DNA from: Octopus bimaculoides
Taxonomy: Eukaryota
Reading direction: 5' to 3'
Length of the DNA: 64,000 bases
Assembly: GCF_001194135.2 (NCBI RefSeq)
Contig: NC_068987.1
Coordinates: 76,905,178-76,969,177, forward strand
A model generated the notes under the pieces. It did no database searches. It was not told the origin of the DNA and was given only the letters and a program-made list of their open reading frames with translations. The position numbers and the translations under genes were made by a program. Shown piece by piece: positions 25,221-38,225 of the stretch (its first letter is position 1; each line of letters starts with the position of its first letter).

Positions 25221-25598
25221 GAGGCACAATGGCCCAATGGTTAGGGCAGTGGACTCACGGTCGTAGGATCGCGGTTTCGATTCCCAGACCGAGCATTGTG
25301 AGTGTTTATTGAGCGAAAACACCTAAAGCTCCACGAGGCTCCGGCAGGGGATTGTGGCGAACCCTGCTGTACTCTTCCACCACAACTTTCTCTCACTCTT
25401 ACTTCCTGTTTCTGTTGTGCTTGTAATTCAAAGGGTCAGCCTTGTCACACTGTGTCACGCTGAATATCCCCAAGAACTACGTTAAGGGTACACATGTCTG
25501 TGGAGTGCTCAGCCACTTGCACGTTAATTTCACGAGCAGCTGTTCCGTTGATTAGATCAACTGGAACCCTCGTCATCATAAGCAACAGAGTGCCAACA
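25221..25598 (+). mobile_element. tRNA-headed SINE family D, full length
   Basis: A box TGGCCCAATGGTTAGG and B box GGTTTCGATTCCC. The body is near-identical to 32495-32820. Confidence 0.9.
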
Positions 25599-27019
25599 TG
25601 TATTGTGCAGTTGTGCAGTGCATCTTCTCATAATCCATCACTGCATGTCGAAATGTGCTGTAGGGTCCTCAGTTAGGCAGCAGTAGGGTATAATTTGAAA
25701 CAGGAATCTGTGGGTTGGACTTAGTCGACTATCTGCTGGCCATGGGACTGCTTGATCAGAGATGTCCTAGGGTCATACTACAACAGCAACTGCTACTACA
25801 GAAGGGTAGCAACAACACCATGAGCTAGCAGGCAACTACTCAGATATTGTTTGGTGTGAGGGAGGTCAGAGAGGTCAATGTGTCCCTTAAATAAAGGAAC
25901 TGTCTAATTAGCACCCCCCTCCAAAAAAATGCAACTGTAAATAAAACATAATTAATGATGAGAGGAGAGAGAACAGAGCCATGAGTCAGGAGTAAGGCTA
26001 GACTAATCTGAATGCCAAAGTTGAAAGGGGAGAGAGAGGAGATGGCCACAAAATGAGAGCCTCTTCTCATTCGTTAAAGGAGAAAAAATAATCATTTTAT
26101 GGGGTTGTTTTTGTTTTTTTAATTTTATCAGGTTAAAGATTTTAGCTGCTTTTAAAATTTATATTTTGTTGGTTTTTGTAATTGCAGTTTTACAATGACG
26201 GTGATGATGATGATGGTGGTGGTGGTAGTGAAGATAATAATAATAATAGTGATGATGTTGATGATGATGGAGGGAGTGTTTAAAGGACGATTATAATGAA
26301 TATAATGATAGCAGAGATGCATATATGGCAGGGCAGCTTAGTACAATGTTGGTGAAAGCAGGGAATCAAACAAAGCTATAAATATTAAAATCAACGAATC
26401 AAGTGCCATGTCGGAAGGACATGATCCCCACCCCCATGGCACATACACACACAGGACAAACCAAATACTGTCATCAGTGATGTTGGTGGTGATGATGATG
26501 ATGATGTCCACAATGATGGGTTTTCGTAGTGGTCGTGGTCACAAAGATGAGACTTGTAGTCAGGGTGAGGGTAATGGTGGTGTAAGAAAGATTATATACG
26601 GTGGTAGTGGTTATATTGTTATTTATTAGTGACTAGGGCCAGATCAAAGACTGTGCGGTCAAGTGAGTAGGGAGCCAGATGATCAGCTGTGAGTCATTGG
26701 TTTATACCTTGTCATTAGCTGCATTGTATTTATGGTCAAATAATTTAAATTTCAAAGGGCTCCCATGCACATAACTCTAAACAGTCACTATAAAACAACA
26801 ACTAACAAAAAATAACATCACTGCAAAATTAATGAGTGACTCATTAGCTGAACTCAATAACTTACATGGGTGTACCATATAAAGGGTGAGGGACTACTCA
26901 ACTGGTTTACTCAAACCCAATTAGAAATTATTAGGCACTGAAAAAAAAGAAAACAATGTTAGCTCAGTGACTAATAATATTTAAAAAAAATTTATTCCAT
27001 GGTTGCAAGGAGGCTGAAT

Positions 27020-27230
27020 AATTAACATGCCAGACAAAATACCTAGCAGCAGTTTGTCCTGCTTTACATTCTAAGATCAAATTCTGTTGTGGTCAACTTT
27101 GTCTTTCATCCTTTTGGGGGTCAATAAAATAAGTACCAGTTGGGCACTGGGGTCGATGTAATTGCCTCACCCCCTCCCCTGAAATTGCTGGTTTTGTGCC
27201 AAAATTTGTAATCAATATTTCAATTATTCC
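27020..27230 (+). mobile_element. SINE family B
   Basis: ACATTCTAAGATCAAATTCTG...CAACTTTGTCTTTCATCCTTTTGGGGTCAATAAAATAAGTACCAG. Confidence 0.8.
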
Positions 27231-28563
27231 AAAATAAGTTCAAGCTGAGAACTGAGTTCAATATAATCAATTTAATCCCAACCCCTAAAAGTGCCAGTCT
27301 TCTACCAAAATTTGAAACCAATATTTTAATTATTCAGCAAATGTAGGAGACAACTCTGGACATATTTAGGTCTTATTAAATCTCCTCAGCTNNNNNNNNN
27401 NNNNNNNNNNNNNNNNNNNNNNNNNGTTTAATTTTGATCCAGTCTGACTTGGTGTATTGATAGAGAAATGACATGAGAGACAGAGATAGGCAAGACCCAT
27501 GCACGGTTTTAATTTCATCAGAGAAAATCGATTCTGTGGTTATTTTTGATGTGAATATGTACTTTTGTAGCTGTCATCTTTGGACAGAAGCAATATGATG
27601 TCCAAAAATAGTAAAACTGGAAAAAAAAAAAGAAAAAGAAGAAGACCTTTGAGAGGTTTAGTTTCATTTTCCTTATAAAGAATAAAACAGATGGAAAAAA
27701 ATTTCCACCAGGATAGCATATCAATCTATAACAAGAAACATTCCCTAATGATATTACACCCTATTCCATATAACCAGGTGAACTGAGGCGTGTAGAGTAA
27801 AATATTCTACTCTGGGACATAGTGAAATGAGCTGATATGCTATCTAATTCATTTGAGAAATTTGCCTCCGAATTGAGAACAGTGTCATGGGATATATTTT
27901 AGTATCATGTTAAAGCATTTGAGGCCTTGAAAATCGTGTGCAACCATGTAATAAAATTATCTGAGGCCAAATTAGTAAAGTGGCATCACAAATTATGTCT
28001 ATGGTTAGCAAGGTCATCTTTGAGCAAATACATTTTGCTTTTGTGTAAATAAAATTCTAGACCACCATTTAAAGGATTGATTTTGCTTATCTTAATTCTA
28101 AGGATATGCTGATCAAAGTAATGTAACCGTCAAAAGTAAAGCTGTTACACTGCAAATATGTATCATGAATATGTATGACCTGCATACGATACATCAGAAC
28201 TGCAAACTGTGAGAACACTACAGTTAATTTCTTTGGATTCAGTAGAAGACAAAATTTTTAGATGGTGAGAGTGGAGTGTTGTTGATTGTATTGATATCAG
28301 TAGTCTGTCAGTAACTGCTTTTAGTGATGCCAGTGGAATGGAAAATGCTGAAAAATTGCCCCAAACTACAAGAAAATAAATGCATGGTGTGACCAAGGAG
28401 TTCAGATCTTGCCATAAGTGTATAACACTGGAAAGAAAGAGATGAATTTCACTAGGGTGGCTACAGCTTAGTGCAGTGGATCACAGATCCTTTTGTCTTC
28501 AGTTCACTTTAGATTAAACACAAATAGTTTAGGACACTCTGTTCATAAAGTCAAAGATATTTA

Positions 28564-28737
28564 CCGTGTTTGATGGCATAGAAGATGCATGGGTACATTA
28601 GATGCATCCCAATTTCAGCAGTCCATAGTCAGGACTTCAGAACAAAACATTCTAGTGCTTTAAAGTTTACAGGACCCAAGGTGACTTTTGAGAATTTTTG
28701 GTGGAGAAAAAGAGTATCCTATGCCATCAAATACAGT
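28564..28737. mobile_element. pogo/Tc1-mariner-like MITE
   Basis: TA|CCGTGTTTGATGGCATAG...CTATGCCATCAAATACAG|TA gives 18-bp TIRs with 2 mismatches and a TA TSD. Confidence 0.8.
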
Positions 28738-28769
28738 AATTAAAAAATGGTATTTATGAATCTTAGCCT

Positions 28770-29030
28770 CTTATCATCAGCATTGTTTAATGTCTGTTTT
28801 CCATGTTGGTATGGGTTGGACAGTTTAACAGGAGCTGGTAAGGCTTGAGATGTGTCAGGTTCCATTATCTATTGTGGCATGATTTCTACAGCTGGATGTC
28901 TTTTGTAATGCCAAACATTTTACAGAGTGTACTGGGTGCTTTCTCTGTAGCACAACATCAGTGTTTTCTACATTCTACCAGCACCAGTGCTATTTGCTTT
29001 GCTCCATCACCAGCACTTTTTACATGACAC
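28770..29030 (-). mobile_element. RTE-tailed short element (family C), degraded
   Basis: GTTTAATGTCTGTTTTCCATGTTGGTATGGGTTGGAC...TTTCTACAGCTGGATGTC. Confidence 0.75.
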
Positions 29031-29245
29031 TATCACCTATAAATATGATTAATTTTAAATTTCAGAAAATTATAACTTAATCCTTAAGTCAATAAAAGTA
29101 GCTTAGTTATCAAGACTCTATATTAAGAACTTTTTAATCTGTGCAAATTCAAACTTGGTGATAATGATATTTACAAAATTTTAATTTGTATTTTCATACT
29201 TTTAAAACTTAATTCTATTATTTTTGAGGCACATCTAGCTACATA

Positions 29246-30155
29246 TAAGAGGGTACCCAAAAGAAACTAGAATTTTGCAATATTATTTTATTCACTTAAT
29301 TTTACATGTTTACATTTTTACCACTTTCAAAGTATTCTCCATTTAAAGCGATGCATTGATGCAGACATGTTTTCCATTGCTCAAAGCAGTGATGGAACTC
29401 ATGTGAAGATATGCCTTTTAATACCTCTGTTATTTTTTTATTCATCTTTTCCACATCCACAAATTCTGTAGCACCAGCTTTTGTCACCAGAGATGACCTT
29501 CGAAAAGGTCCAGATCAATTTCCACCTGTTCTTTCAATTCACGACACGCATTCAGTTGTGACTGCTTTTGATCTTCTGTGAACAAGCAAGACACAGATTT
29601 TGCTGCAACACTTTTCATTTGGAATTTCTTGCTCAAAATTCGTTAGCAGGAGCTCCAGGCCCCACCAATCATATCAACAAGTTCATCAATTGTTCAGTGA
29701 CAGTCCTCCAAGATCAGTTAAGGAATTTTCATTTTCATGATGTTTTCATTCGTCCGGGAGGTCGGTGGACACCCTGAACAAGATTGGTCTTCAAGTGACA
29801 AGTGACCATTCCTAAAGTGTGGAAACCACTCGTAAGCTTGCGTTTTGCTCATGGCAGCATCTCTGTAAGCTGTTTGAAGCATGACAACTGATATGGCTTC
29901 TGTCTTCACCAGCAGAAAACAGAATTTCACAGAAACATGCTGTTCCTACATTTCAGCCATTGCAAAAATCAACAAACAGGAGAAAAGCTCTGCAAATCAA
30001 TGACACACCACCTGGCAGCAGGACTACACTCGATGATGCCATTCAGCATACTGATGCCTGAAGATCACATCAAGTGGCTTCTAGCAGCAGAAGCCTGAAC
30101 TACAACTGGTTTGTCCCACAGAGAATGTTTCTAGTTACTTTTGGATACCCCCTCA
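29246..30155 (-). mobile_element. Internally deleted mariner transposon
   Basis: 25-bp TIRs (TAAGAGGGTACCCAAAAGAAACTAG vs reverse-complement TGAGGGGGTATCCAAAAGTAACTAG) flanked by TA. N-terminal remnant KFCFLL..MLQTAY.DAAMSKTQAYEWF..F.NG..S.ED....G.P.TSRT and C-terminal remnant FHHCFEQWK..L..CIA.NGEYFE. Confidence 0.9.
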
Positions 30156-30252
30156 TAATGCAGAACACAGGTGTACCACATTGCAACATTCAGGTATCAT
30201 TATTTACATTATTTACAATTGACGGATATTTGTCCTCATCTTGTTTGCTGTT

Positions 30253-30298
30253 AACAAAACGTTTTGGGTGATATGCCTTCCAGCCTTCATCAGGTGTC
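30253..30298 (-). ncRNA. Minimal type-I hammerhead ribozyme motif, decayed
   Basis: Reverse complement GACAC CTGATGA A GGCTG GAAGGCATAT CACCC AAAA CGTT TTGTT. GAAA has become AAAA and the stems are mutated. Confidence 0.65.
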
Positions 30299-30353
30299 TT
30301 GGGGAAATTTCGAACCTGGGTTCCCATTCCTAAGGTATTTTTCAATGTTGTTG

Positions 30354-30387
<34 letters not shown>

Positions 30388-30490
30388 CCTTATTATTATT
30401 CAGGTCACTGCCTGGAATTCCACCCGGAATCTTGGGGTTAAGAGCTCGAACTACTAACCCCAAGATTCCGAGTTCAATTCCAGGCAGTGA

Positions 30491-30552
<62 letters not shown>

Positions 30553-30629
30553 GTAGTAGTAATAATAATAATAATAACAACATCAAAAAATACCTTAGGA
30601 ATGAGAACCCAGGTCCAAAATTTCCCCAA

Positions 30630-30672
30630 GACACCTGATGAAGGCTGGAGGATATGTCAGCCGAAACGTGTT
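30630..30672 (+). ncRNA. Minimal type-I hammerhead ribozyme motif with 3-nt deletion at the cleavage site
   Basis: GACAC CTGATGA A GGCTG GAGGATATGT CAGCC GAAA CG TGTT. The core and stem II are perfect, but the NUH/stem I junction is shortened relative to the 62.6-kb copy. Confidence 0.7.
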
Positions 30673-31526
30673 AACAACAAACAAGATGAAGACAAATATC
30701 CATCAATTGTAAATAATGTAAATAATGTACATAATTCCTCATCTCTTGAATATAGAACTGGATTCAGGTATCATTAGCTTAGATCCACTACACAAAATCA
30801 AAGTTTCTAGTAGTTATGCTAAACAACTCAATAAATGAAGTACTTCGTATCAACTCCCATTATGTTTCGGTTTAAGATGCTGAAATAGTCATAAGTATTG
30901 TTTGCTCCAAGCTATGCATACGTACATATACACACAGCCATGCACATTTTCCGATCAGTACACAAAAGACTTTAATGTGAGCACAAAAGACCAGTTTTCT
31001 AGAATTGTAATTAATAATAAGACTTAGTTTGAAGTTTGCATTTGTGTATGAGTATTCGGAGCATGTATAATTTTGTCACAGGAAAAATATTAAAATATTT
31101 GCAGAACATGAACTTTATTTTTTTGCATTCACTGAATATTAAAAATCAATGGGAAAGATGCTTGTTAAGTGCTTGGATCTGATGCTGCAGGTTTTTGGTT
31201 TATTTATTTTGCTTTTTACCAATTTGTTTACATAAATAAACAAATTAAAAAAAAAACGCCTCATGGAGAGGTGGCGGGTGTGTTTTATAATTTTTTATTT
31301 TATATATAATTAGCTCCTTACTAATAGAAGTAGAATCGTGATGATGGTGGTGGTGGGGAGGAGGAGGAGGAGGAGAGGGAGGAGGAGGGGAGAGGAGGAA
31401 AGTAGAAGAGGTGGAGAGAAGGCAGAGGAAGGGCAAAGGGAAGGCGAGGTGAGAGGAGGGGAAAAGGGGAGGAGAAGATTTATGATGATGGTAGGGTGGT
31501 GGTAATGATGACAAGTGGGGCAGGGA

Positions 31527-31557
<31 letters not shown>

Positions 31558-32494
31558 CGATGATGACAGAAAGGAAAATTTTTTTTTATTTTTTAATCAC
31601 AGCTAAATACAAAGTAAAAAAGAATTTTTCTTAAAAAAAAATCCCCCAAAATATACTAAAAAGATAGGGGAACCAGAAATAGTTGTGCTGTAACCATAAC
31701 GATACGATGATGAGGAAGAGAAAAGGAAGAAGTACACCATCACCACCACCAACACCACCACCACCATAACATGAAATAAAATAACAAAAAAAAAGTAAAA
31801 ATAGAAACCTAATGAAAGCAATCAATAGGGGAAGAGGCATAAAACAATACAAAAGAATGTAAAACAAAAAACGAAAACAACAAGAAAAAGCAAACAATAA
31901 AGTGAAAAAAAAAACAACAAAACATGCAAAATGAGGAAAAGACAACAACAGCCATAAGTGCAGCAACAATAATATCAACAACAATATTTTGAAGTACGAG
32001 TACAACAATATCAACAATGAATACAACTTCAATGATATTGACAACATGCACAACTATAAAGATATTGACAAGTACAGCAGCAGCAGCAGTAGTAGCAGTA
32101 GTAGCAGGGGTGGGGGTTGGGATGGGGGTTATGACAATCAAATTGAGAGAATGTTGCATGATGGTACCTTATTTGGTTATTGATTTTCTTTGGTAAGTTN
32201 NNNNNNNNNNNNNNNNNNNNNNNNNNNNNNNNNNNNNNNNNNNNNNNNNNNNNNNNNNNNNNNNNNNNNNNNNNNNNNNNNNNNNNNNNNNNNNNNNNNN
32301 NNNNNNNNNNNNNNNNNNNNNNNNNNNNNNNNNNNNNNNNNNNNNNNNNNNNNNNNNNNNNNNNNNNNNNNNNNNNNNNNNNNNNNNNNNNNNNNNNNNN
32401 NNNNNNNNNNNNNNNNNNNNNNNNNNNNNNNNNNNNNNNNNNNNNNNNNNNNNNNNNNNNNNNNNNNNNNNNNNNNNNNNNNNNNNNNNNNNNN

Positions 32495-32820
32495 CGATTC
32501 CCAGACCGGGCGTTGTGAGTGTTTACTGAGCGAAAACACCTAAAAGCTCCACGAGGCTCCGGCAGGGGATGGTGGCGAACCCTGCTGTACTCTTTCACCA
32601 CAACTTTCTCTCACTCTTACTTCCTGTTTCTGTTGTGCCTATAATTCAAAGGGTCAGCCTTGTCACACTGTGTCACGCTGAATATCCCCGAGAACTACGT
32701 AAAGGGTACACGTGTCTGTGGAGTGCTCAGCCACTTGCACGTTAATTTCACGAGCAGGCTGTTCCATTGATCGGATCAACTGGAACTCTTGACGTCGTAA
32801 GCGACGGAGAGCCAACAACG
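32495..32820 (+). mobile_element. SINE family D (head in gap)
   Basis: Near-identical to 25277-25598. Confidence 0.9.
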
Positions 32821-32951
32821 TATATTTTGGAATTGTTCTTCTATTTTTTGTGGGGGTGGGCAGAGGGCAGGTAGTAAGCATCTGCATCCCCACTCCATAC
32901 ATTATACTCATTTTTTCTTTTTTTGCAGTCACGTAATTTTTTAAAATTTTA

Positions 32952-33545
32952 GGTGGGTGCATGGCTGTGTGGTTACGAGGCTTGCTTTGCAACCACGTGG
33001 TTTCAGGTTCAGTCCTACTCTGCAGCCAACTTGGCCAAGTGGCTTCTGCTATAGCTCCAGGTCAACCAATGTCTAGCAAGCGAATGTAGTAGATGGAAAC
33101 TGTGTGGAAGCCCATCATATACATATACATGTGTGTGTGCATGTGTATCTGCATGTGTGTGTGTATGTGTGTCTGCTTGTGTGTGTGTGTGTTTGCATAT
33201 GTGTGTGTGTTTGTGTGTGTGGGGGGTTGTTTTTGTGCCTCCATCTGTGCTCCTCATGTCTTGAGAACTGGTGTCGGTGTGTTTACATCACCATAACCAC
33301 TTGCGTAGCTGGAGGGGGGGGGCAATTGAGGTGGTCCACCGTGGGCAGCACTTTAAAAGGGTGGCACCTTTGGGTGCAATTGATGGTAGTGTGTTTACGT
33401 CCTCGCAACTTAGTGGTTCGGCAAAAGAGACCGATAGAATAAGTACTAGGCTTGCAAAGAATAAGTCCTGGGGTCGATTTGCTCGACTAAAGGCAGTGCT
33501 CCAGCATGGCCGCAGTCAAATAACTGAAACAAGTAAAAGAAACAA
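32952..33545 (+). mobile_element. SINE family A with partly duplicated post-microsatellite segment
   Basis: Head, microsatellite, GGTGTGTTTACATCACCATAACC, then a second GTGTGTTTACGTCCTCGCAACTTAG followed by the full tail. Confidence 0.85.
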
Positions 33546-35362
33546 AATATATATGTACTGGTACATGTGTCAATAGGATGGTACTGGTTGGAATGCCTTT
33601 GATTATAGTTTGATTATAGTTTGATAGAACTAGAGCAAAATAACCACAACATCTTCTGTAACAGTAAAGTTTGTTATATAGGGAAAATGAAATGAAATTT
33701 TATCGGCCAGCATTCTTACATTTCTCGAAAGAGTATTAGAAATTGAAATGAAATAATTCTGGTGGGAATTATGTATTAATGAAGTGAAATAGCTCCAGTG
33801 GGAGTGGAGGCAAGCTCTTGAGTTTAATTGATGAGAAGCACACCTCTAATTCATGATGGAAGCTGGGAAACAAGTGCTTAACAAAATTTAAGTACCGAAA
33901 TGAAGTCACAATTGCACTGTAATTTCATTAAATTTTATACAAGCGAAATTACATTCGCAGATGTATATAGATGCGTGTGTGCATGTGTGCGTGTATGTGT
34001 GTGTGTGTGTGTGTGCATGCATGTGTGTCCAGAATTGTGCATGGATATACATATACATGTACACACACAAATACACATGCATGCATATACAGTTATCATC
34101 ATTATTCAATGTCCATATCCTATGTTGATGTTGGTATTGGTTGGACCCACACATATTTATGTGTGTTTGTTTGTGAAGATTGATGGACAGGCAGACCAGT
34201 AGCTAAATATATGGAGAGAGATAGACAGATAGATAAATAGGTATACACACAGACACATTACATGTATAAGCATAGAAACACACATTTAAAGTACAACATA
34301 TATAGACTGTCATACTTGTACTAAATATCATAAACCACCGTATAACTGACAGCTCAGTTTAGTCCTTGGTTAAACAGAGAAATGATTTATCAGAAACAAT
34401 AGATATGTGCGTAACACATAGCTGTTCAGACAATTACTTACGTACCATAGTTCTGCTTGATCAGAACTGACTTGGAGATGCATCTCTACAACATGAATAC
34501 GCATATTTAATGAACATTCAATACATACAGATATTTCTTCAGCAATCACACACACACAAATAAATATGAACATAGATAAGACATGGGTAAAAATGGGTCA
34601 AATGTAAATAAAGCATCTGTCTCAAGGCATATTGTAGCAAGAAACAGTTGATGTAATTCTCAGACAGAATCAGCATTCCACAGCAGAATCCATTCAGTGT
34701 GCTTCCATGCAGTTTTTATCGACCCAGTTTCATTCACAAGCATTAGGTAGACCTTGAGGCTATGGAATAAAGATACTTGCTCAAGATGCCAAGCACTGGG
34801 AACAATCCCAAGACATTATGAGTACAAAATTAGCTTCTTAGCTATTCAGCCATAGACATACACACATACATACATACATACGCATATATANNNNNNNNNN
34901 NNNNNNNNNNNNNNNNNNNNNNNNNNNNNNNNNNNNNNNNNNNNNNNNNNNNNNNNNNNNNNNNNNNNNNNNNNNNNNNNNNNNNNNNNNNNNNNNNNNN
35001 NNNNNNNNNNNNNNNNNNNNNNNNNNNNNNNNNNNNNNNNNNNNNNNNNNNNNNNNNNNNNNNNNNNNNNNNNNNNNNNNNNNNNNNNNNNNNNNNNNNN
35101 NNNNNNNNNNNNNNNNNNNNNNNNNNNNNNNNNNNNNNNNNNNNNNNNNNNNNNNNNNNNNNNNNNNNNNNNNNNNNNNNNNNNNNNNNNNNNNNNNNNN
35201 NNNNNNNNNNNNNNNNNNNNNNNNNNNNNNNNNNNNNNNNNNNNNNNNNNNNNNNNNNNNNNNNNNNNNNNNNNNNNNNNNNNNNNNNNNNNNNNNNNNN
35301 NNNNNNNNNNNNNNNNNNNNNNNNNNNNNNNNNNNNNNNNNNNNNNNNNNNNNNNNNNNNNN

Positions 35363-36255
35363 TAAATTTCAATATTCCGTACAAGATAGTTTTTAACGTG
35401 CTTTTATTTATACGATTTTTGGGCGTTCCATGTTCATCTCATATATTCTCTCTCTCTCTCTCTCTCTCTCTCATTCACACACTCCAGGTTTGATTTCGTT
35501 CTGAACTCGCACACTTCGTTAATTTCCGTAAATAAATTTTCTATTTTTTTTTTTTGTTTGGCACATGTGTGTTTCTGTATGTGTGTGAGTGAAGGGGTGT
35601 GTTGTGATGTCTACGTACATACATAAATACATATGCATACATATTTTCTGTGTGTATATCTGAACGTGTGTGTGTGTGAGAGAGAGATACAGACAGACAG
35701 AGTGATGTTTCAGTGACTCTCTCTCTCTCTCTCACACACATACGTACAAGAAATGTATGATTATTTATGTATGTACGTATAATTGTCGACCACACACACA
35801 CACACACACAAAGATGTATGCATATTTATGCATGTACGTATACATGACAACAAACCTCTCTCTCTCTCTCTGTCACACACACACACTTCCATTTCATCTG
35901 ATGTGTGATACTCTGTGTGTGCGCGTGCGTGTGCGTGTGCGCGTCTGTGTGTGCTTTCGTGCGTGCGTGAGGGGTTCCACAATCGCAATTTATTTCAATT
36001 ACTCTTGTGAGGATATTCACGTAAATCATTTTTTTCATTTAAGCCACATTTTAATTTTCGTAAAAGTTTCCAAGTACCAATGAGGCTTTTTGGCGCATCT
36101 TTAATTTTCCAATTCATGAGAGCTGCCCAGTCATCATTCATCTGAGAGTCCATCTACAGAATGTCCTCAGATTTCTATACAGCATATTTTGCTTTTTTCC
36201 TTCCAGTATATAAGCAACAATTTCATTCCAGGGCAATGCCGGGTTGCTCTGCTAG
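35363..36255 (+). mobile_element. Probable non-autonomous Helitron, 3' part
   Basis: Ends AGGGCAATGCCGGGTTGCTCTG-CTAG|T, a subterminal hairpin plus CTAG before T. The interior is richer in CpG than its flanks. The 5' end is probably in the gap. Confidence 0.5.
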
Positions 36256-36409
36256 TGTGTATATATATATATATATATGTAGATAGATAGATAGATATAG
36301 ATTTACTTATAATACTAAAGGCAAATCTATGAATAAAAAGGATGGGAGAGGTAGTTGAGTACTTGACTACCACTTCCATCTCTTTCACTTACAGATATGA
36401 AGATGTATG

Positions 36410-36449
<40 letters not shown>

Positions 36450-36914
36450 CACATATATATATATATTTATATATATATATTCACTCGTGTATATATATGT
36501 CAGTTGATTAATCAACATGCTACTGCTTGCTTGATGAGTTGGTAGTCGCATAAAATATGCCTGATGAGTTGGTAGCTGCATAAAATATTATGTAATCTTA
36601 TGGATGTTGTGCATACTGCATCTCTAACTGTTCCATGCTTACATCACAATAAAGATTTTTAATGAAACAATTGTAGCAATATCAGGCAGCCGATTTATCT
36701 GTTTTATATATATATATATATATATGGGCATGTGAGTGTGTATATATACATATCTAGTGTTGACTGTCAGAAAAAAGAGTACTCAATAACATAGTAGCGA
36801 TTAGTAATATATTTTATTTTGATTCTGTTAGTCTGAGTTTGACCTTCATTGAATGGGAAAAAATGCTAAATCTGGCTCAAATCACACATCTTAACATACA
36901 TAAAAAAAACAGAA

Positions 36915-37290
36915 GGTGCAGGAGTAACTGTGTGACAAGTAGCTTGCTCTCCAATCACATGGTTCTGAGTTCAGTCCCACTGTGTAGCACCTTGAACAAG
37001 TGTCTTCTACTATAGCCTCAGGCGGACCAAAGCCATGAAGCCCATCGTATATGTGTGTGTGTGTGTGTGTATGCAGATGTTTGTGTGTCTGTGTTTGTTC
37101 CCCCACCATCACTTGACTACCGATGTTGGTGTATTTACGTCCACATAACTTAGCAGTTCAGCAAAAAGAAACGATCAAATAAGTACTAGGCTTACAAAGA
37201 ATAAGTCCAGCATTTGATTTGTTCGACAAAAGGTGGTGCTCCAGCATGGCCACAGTCAAATGACTGAAACAAGTAAAAAGGATAAAAGAA
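36915..37290 (+). mobile_element. SINE family A with internal deletion
   Basis: Head to tail present. CCAAAGCC jumps directly to ATGAAGCCCATCG. Confidence 0.88.
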
Positions 37291-38166
37291 TTGATACTGT
37301 AACTAATAAGAAAAAGAAAGACTGGATGGTTATGGCAGGAATGCCTTTGATCATAAGTCTGGTTAGTCAAGGCTAACCTAGGGTTAAACATCAACATACC
37401 AGTTCTTACTGACAGACAAGAAATAATCCTTCAAATGAACCAGTTTGATTTTAAATACCTCAGTTGAAGCTATTGTAATGATTTCACAGACCAATTTTGT
37501 TATTAGTCTGTGAATGAAATTAAGAAATTAGTGTGTGTGTGTGTGTGTGTGATTTATACNNNNNNNNNNNNNNNNNNNNNNNNNNNNNNNNNNNNNNNNN
37601 NNNNNNNNNNNNNNNNNNNNNNNNNNNNNNNNNNNNNNNNNNNNNNNNNNNNNNNNNNNNNNNNNNNNNNNNNNNNNNNNNNNNNNNNNNNNNNNNNNNN
37701 NNNNNNNNNNNNNNNNNNNNNNNNNNNNNNNNNNNNNNNNNNNNNNNNNNNNNNNNNNNNNNNNNNNNNNNNNNNNNNNNNNNNNNNNNNNNNNNNNNNN
37801 NNNNNNNNNNNNNNNNNNNNNNNNNNNNNNNNNNNNNNNNNNNNNNNNNNNNNNNNNNNNNNNNNNNNNNNNNNNNNNNNNNNNNNNNNNNNNNNNNNNN
37901 NNNNNNNNNNNNNNNNNNNNNNNNNNNNNNNNNNNNNNNNNNNNNNNNNNNNNNNNNNNNNNNNNNNNNNNNNNNNNNNNNNNNNNNNNNNNNNNNNNNN
38001 NNNNNNNNNNNNNNNNNNNNNNNNNNNNNNNNNNNNNNNNNNNNNNNNNNNNNNNNNNNNNNNNNNNNNNNNNNNNNNNNNNNNNNNNNNNNNNNNNNNN
38101 NNNNNNNNNNNNNNNNNNNNNNNNNNNNNNNNNNNNNNNNNNNNNNNNNNNNNNNNNNNNNNNNNN

Positions 38167-38225
<59 letters not shown>

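Larger units (their letters stand above)
30203..30761. mobile_element. Palindromic tRNA-head / hammerhead (Penelope-type) non-autonomous element, family E
   Basis: Arms about 30203-30440 and 30455-30730 are inverted copies. A 15-bp TSD ATTCAGGTATCATTA lies at 30188-30202 and 30762-30776. Confidence 0.85.

Noticed and set aside
30264-30638. Mirror-image ORFs on both strands (SWGNFEPGF..LRYF..L-run)
   Set aside because: They result from the family E palindrome and its (ATT)n tracts.
36532-36588. 30-bp-period duplication TGATGAGTTGGTAG..GCATAAAATAT
   Set aside because: It is a simple local slippage duplicate. It contains CTGATGA but no downstream GAAA or stems.
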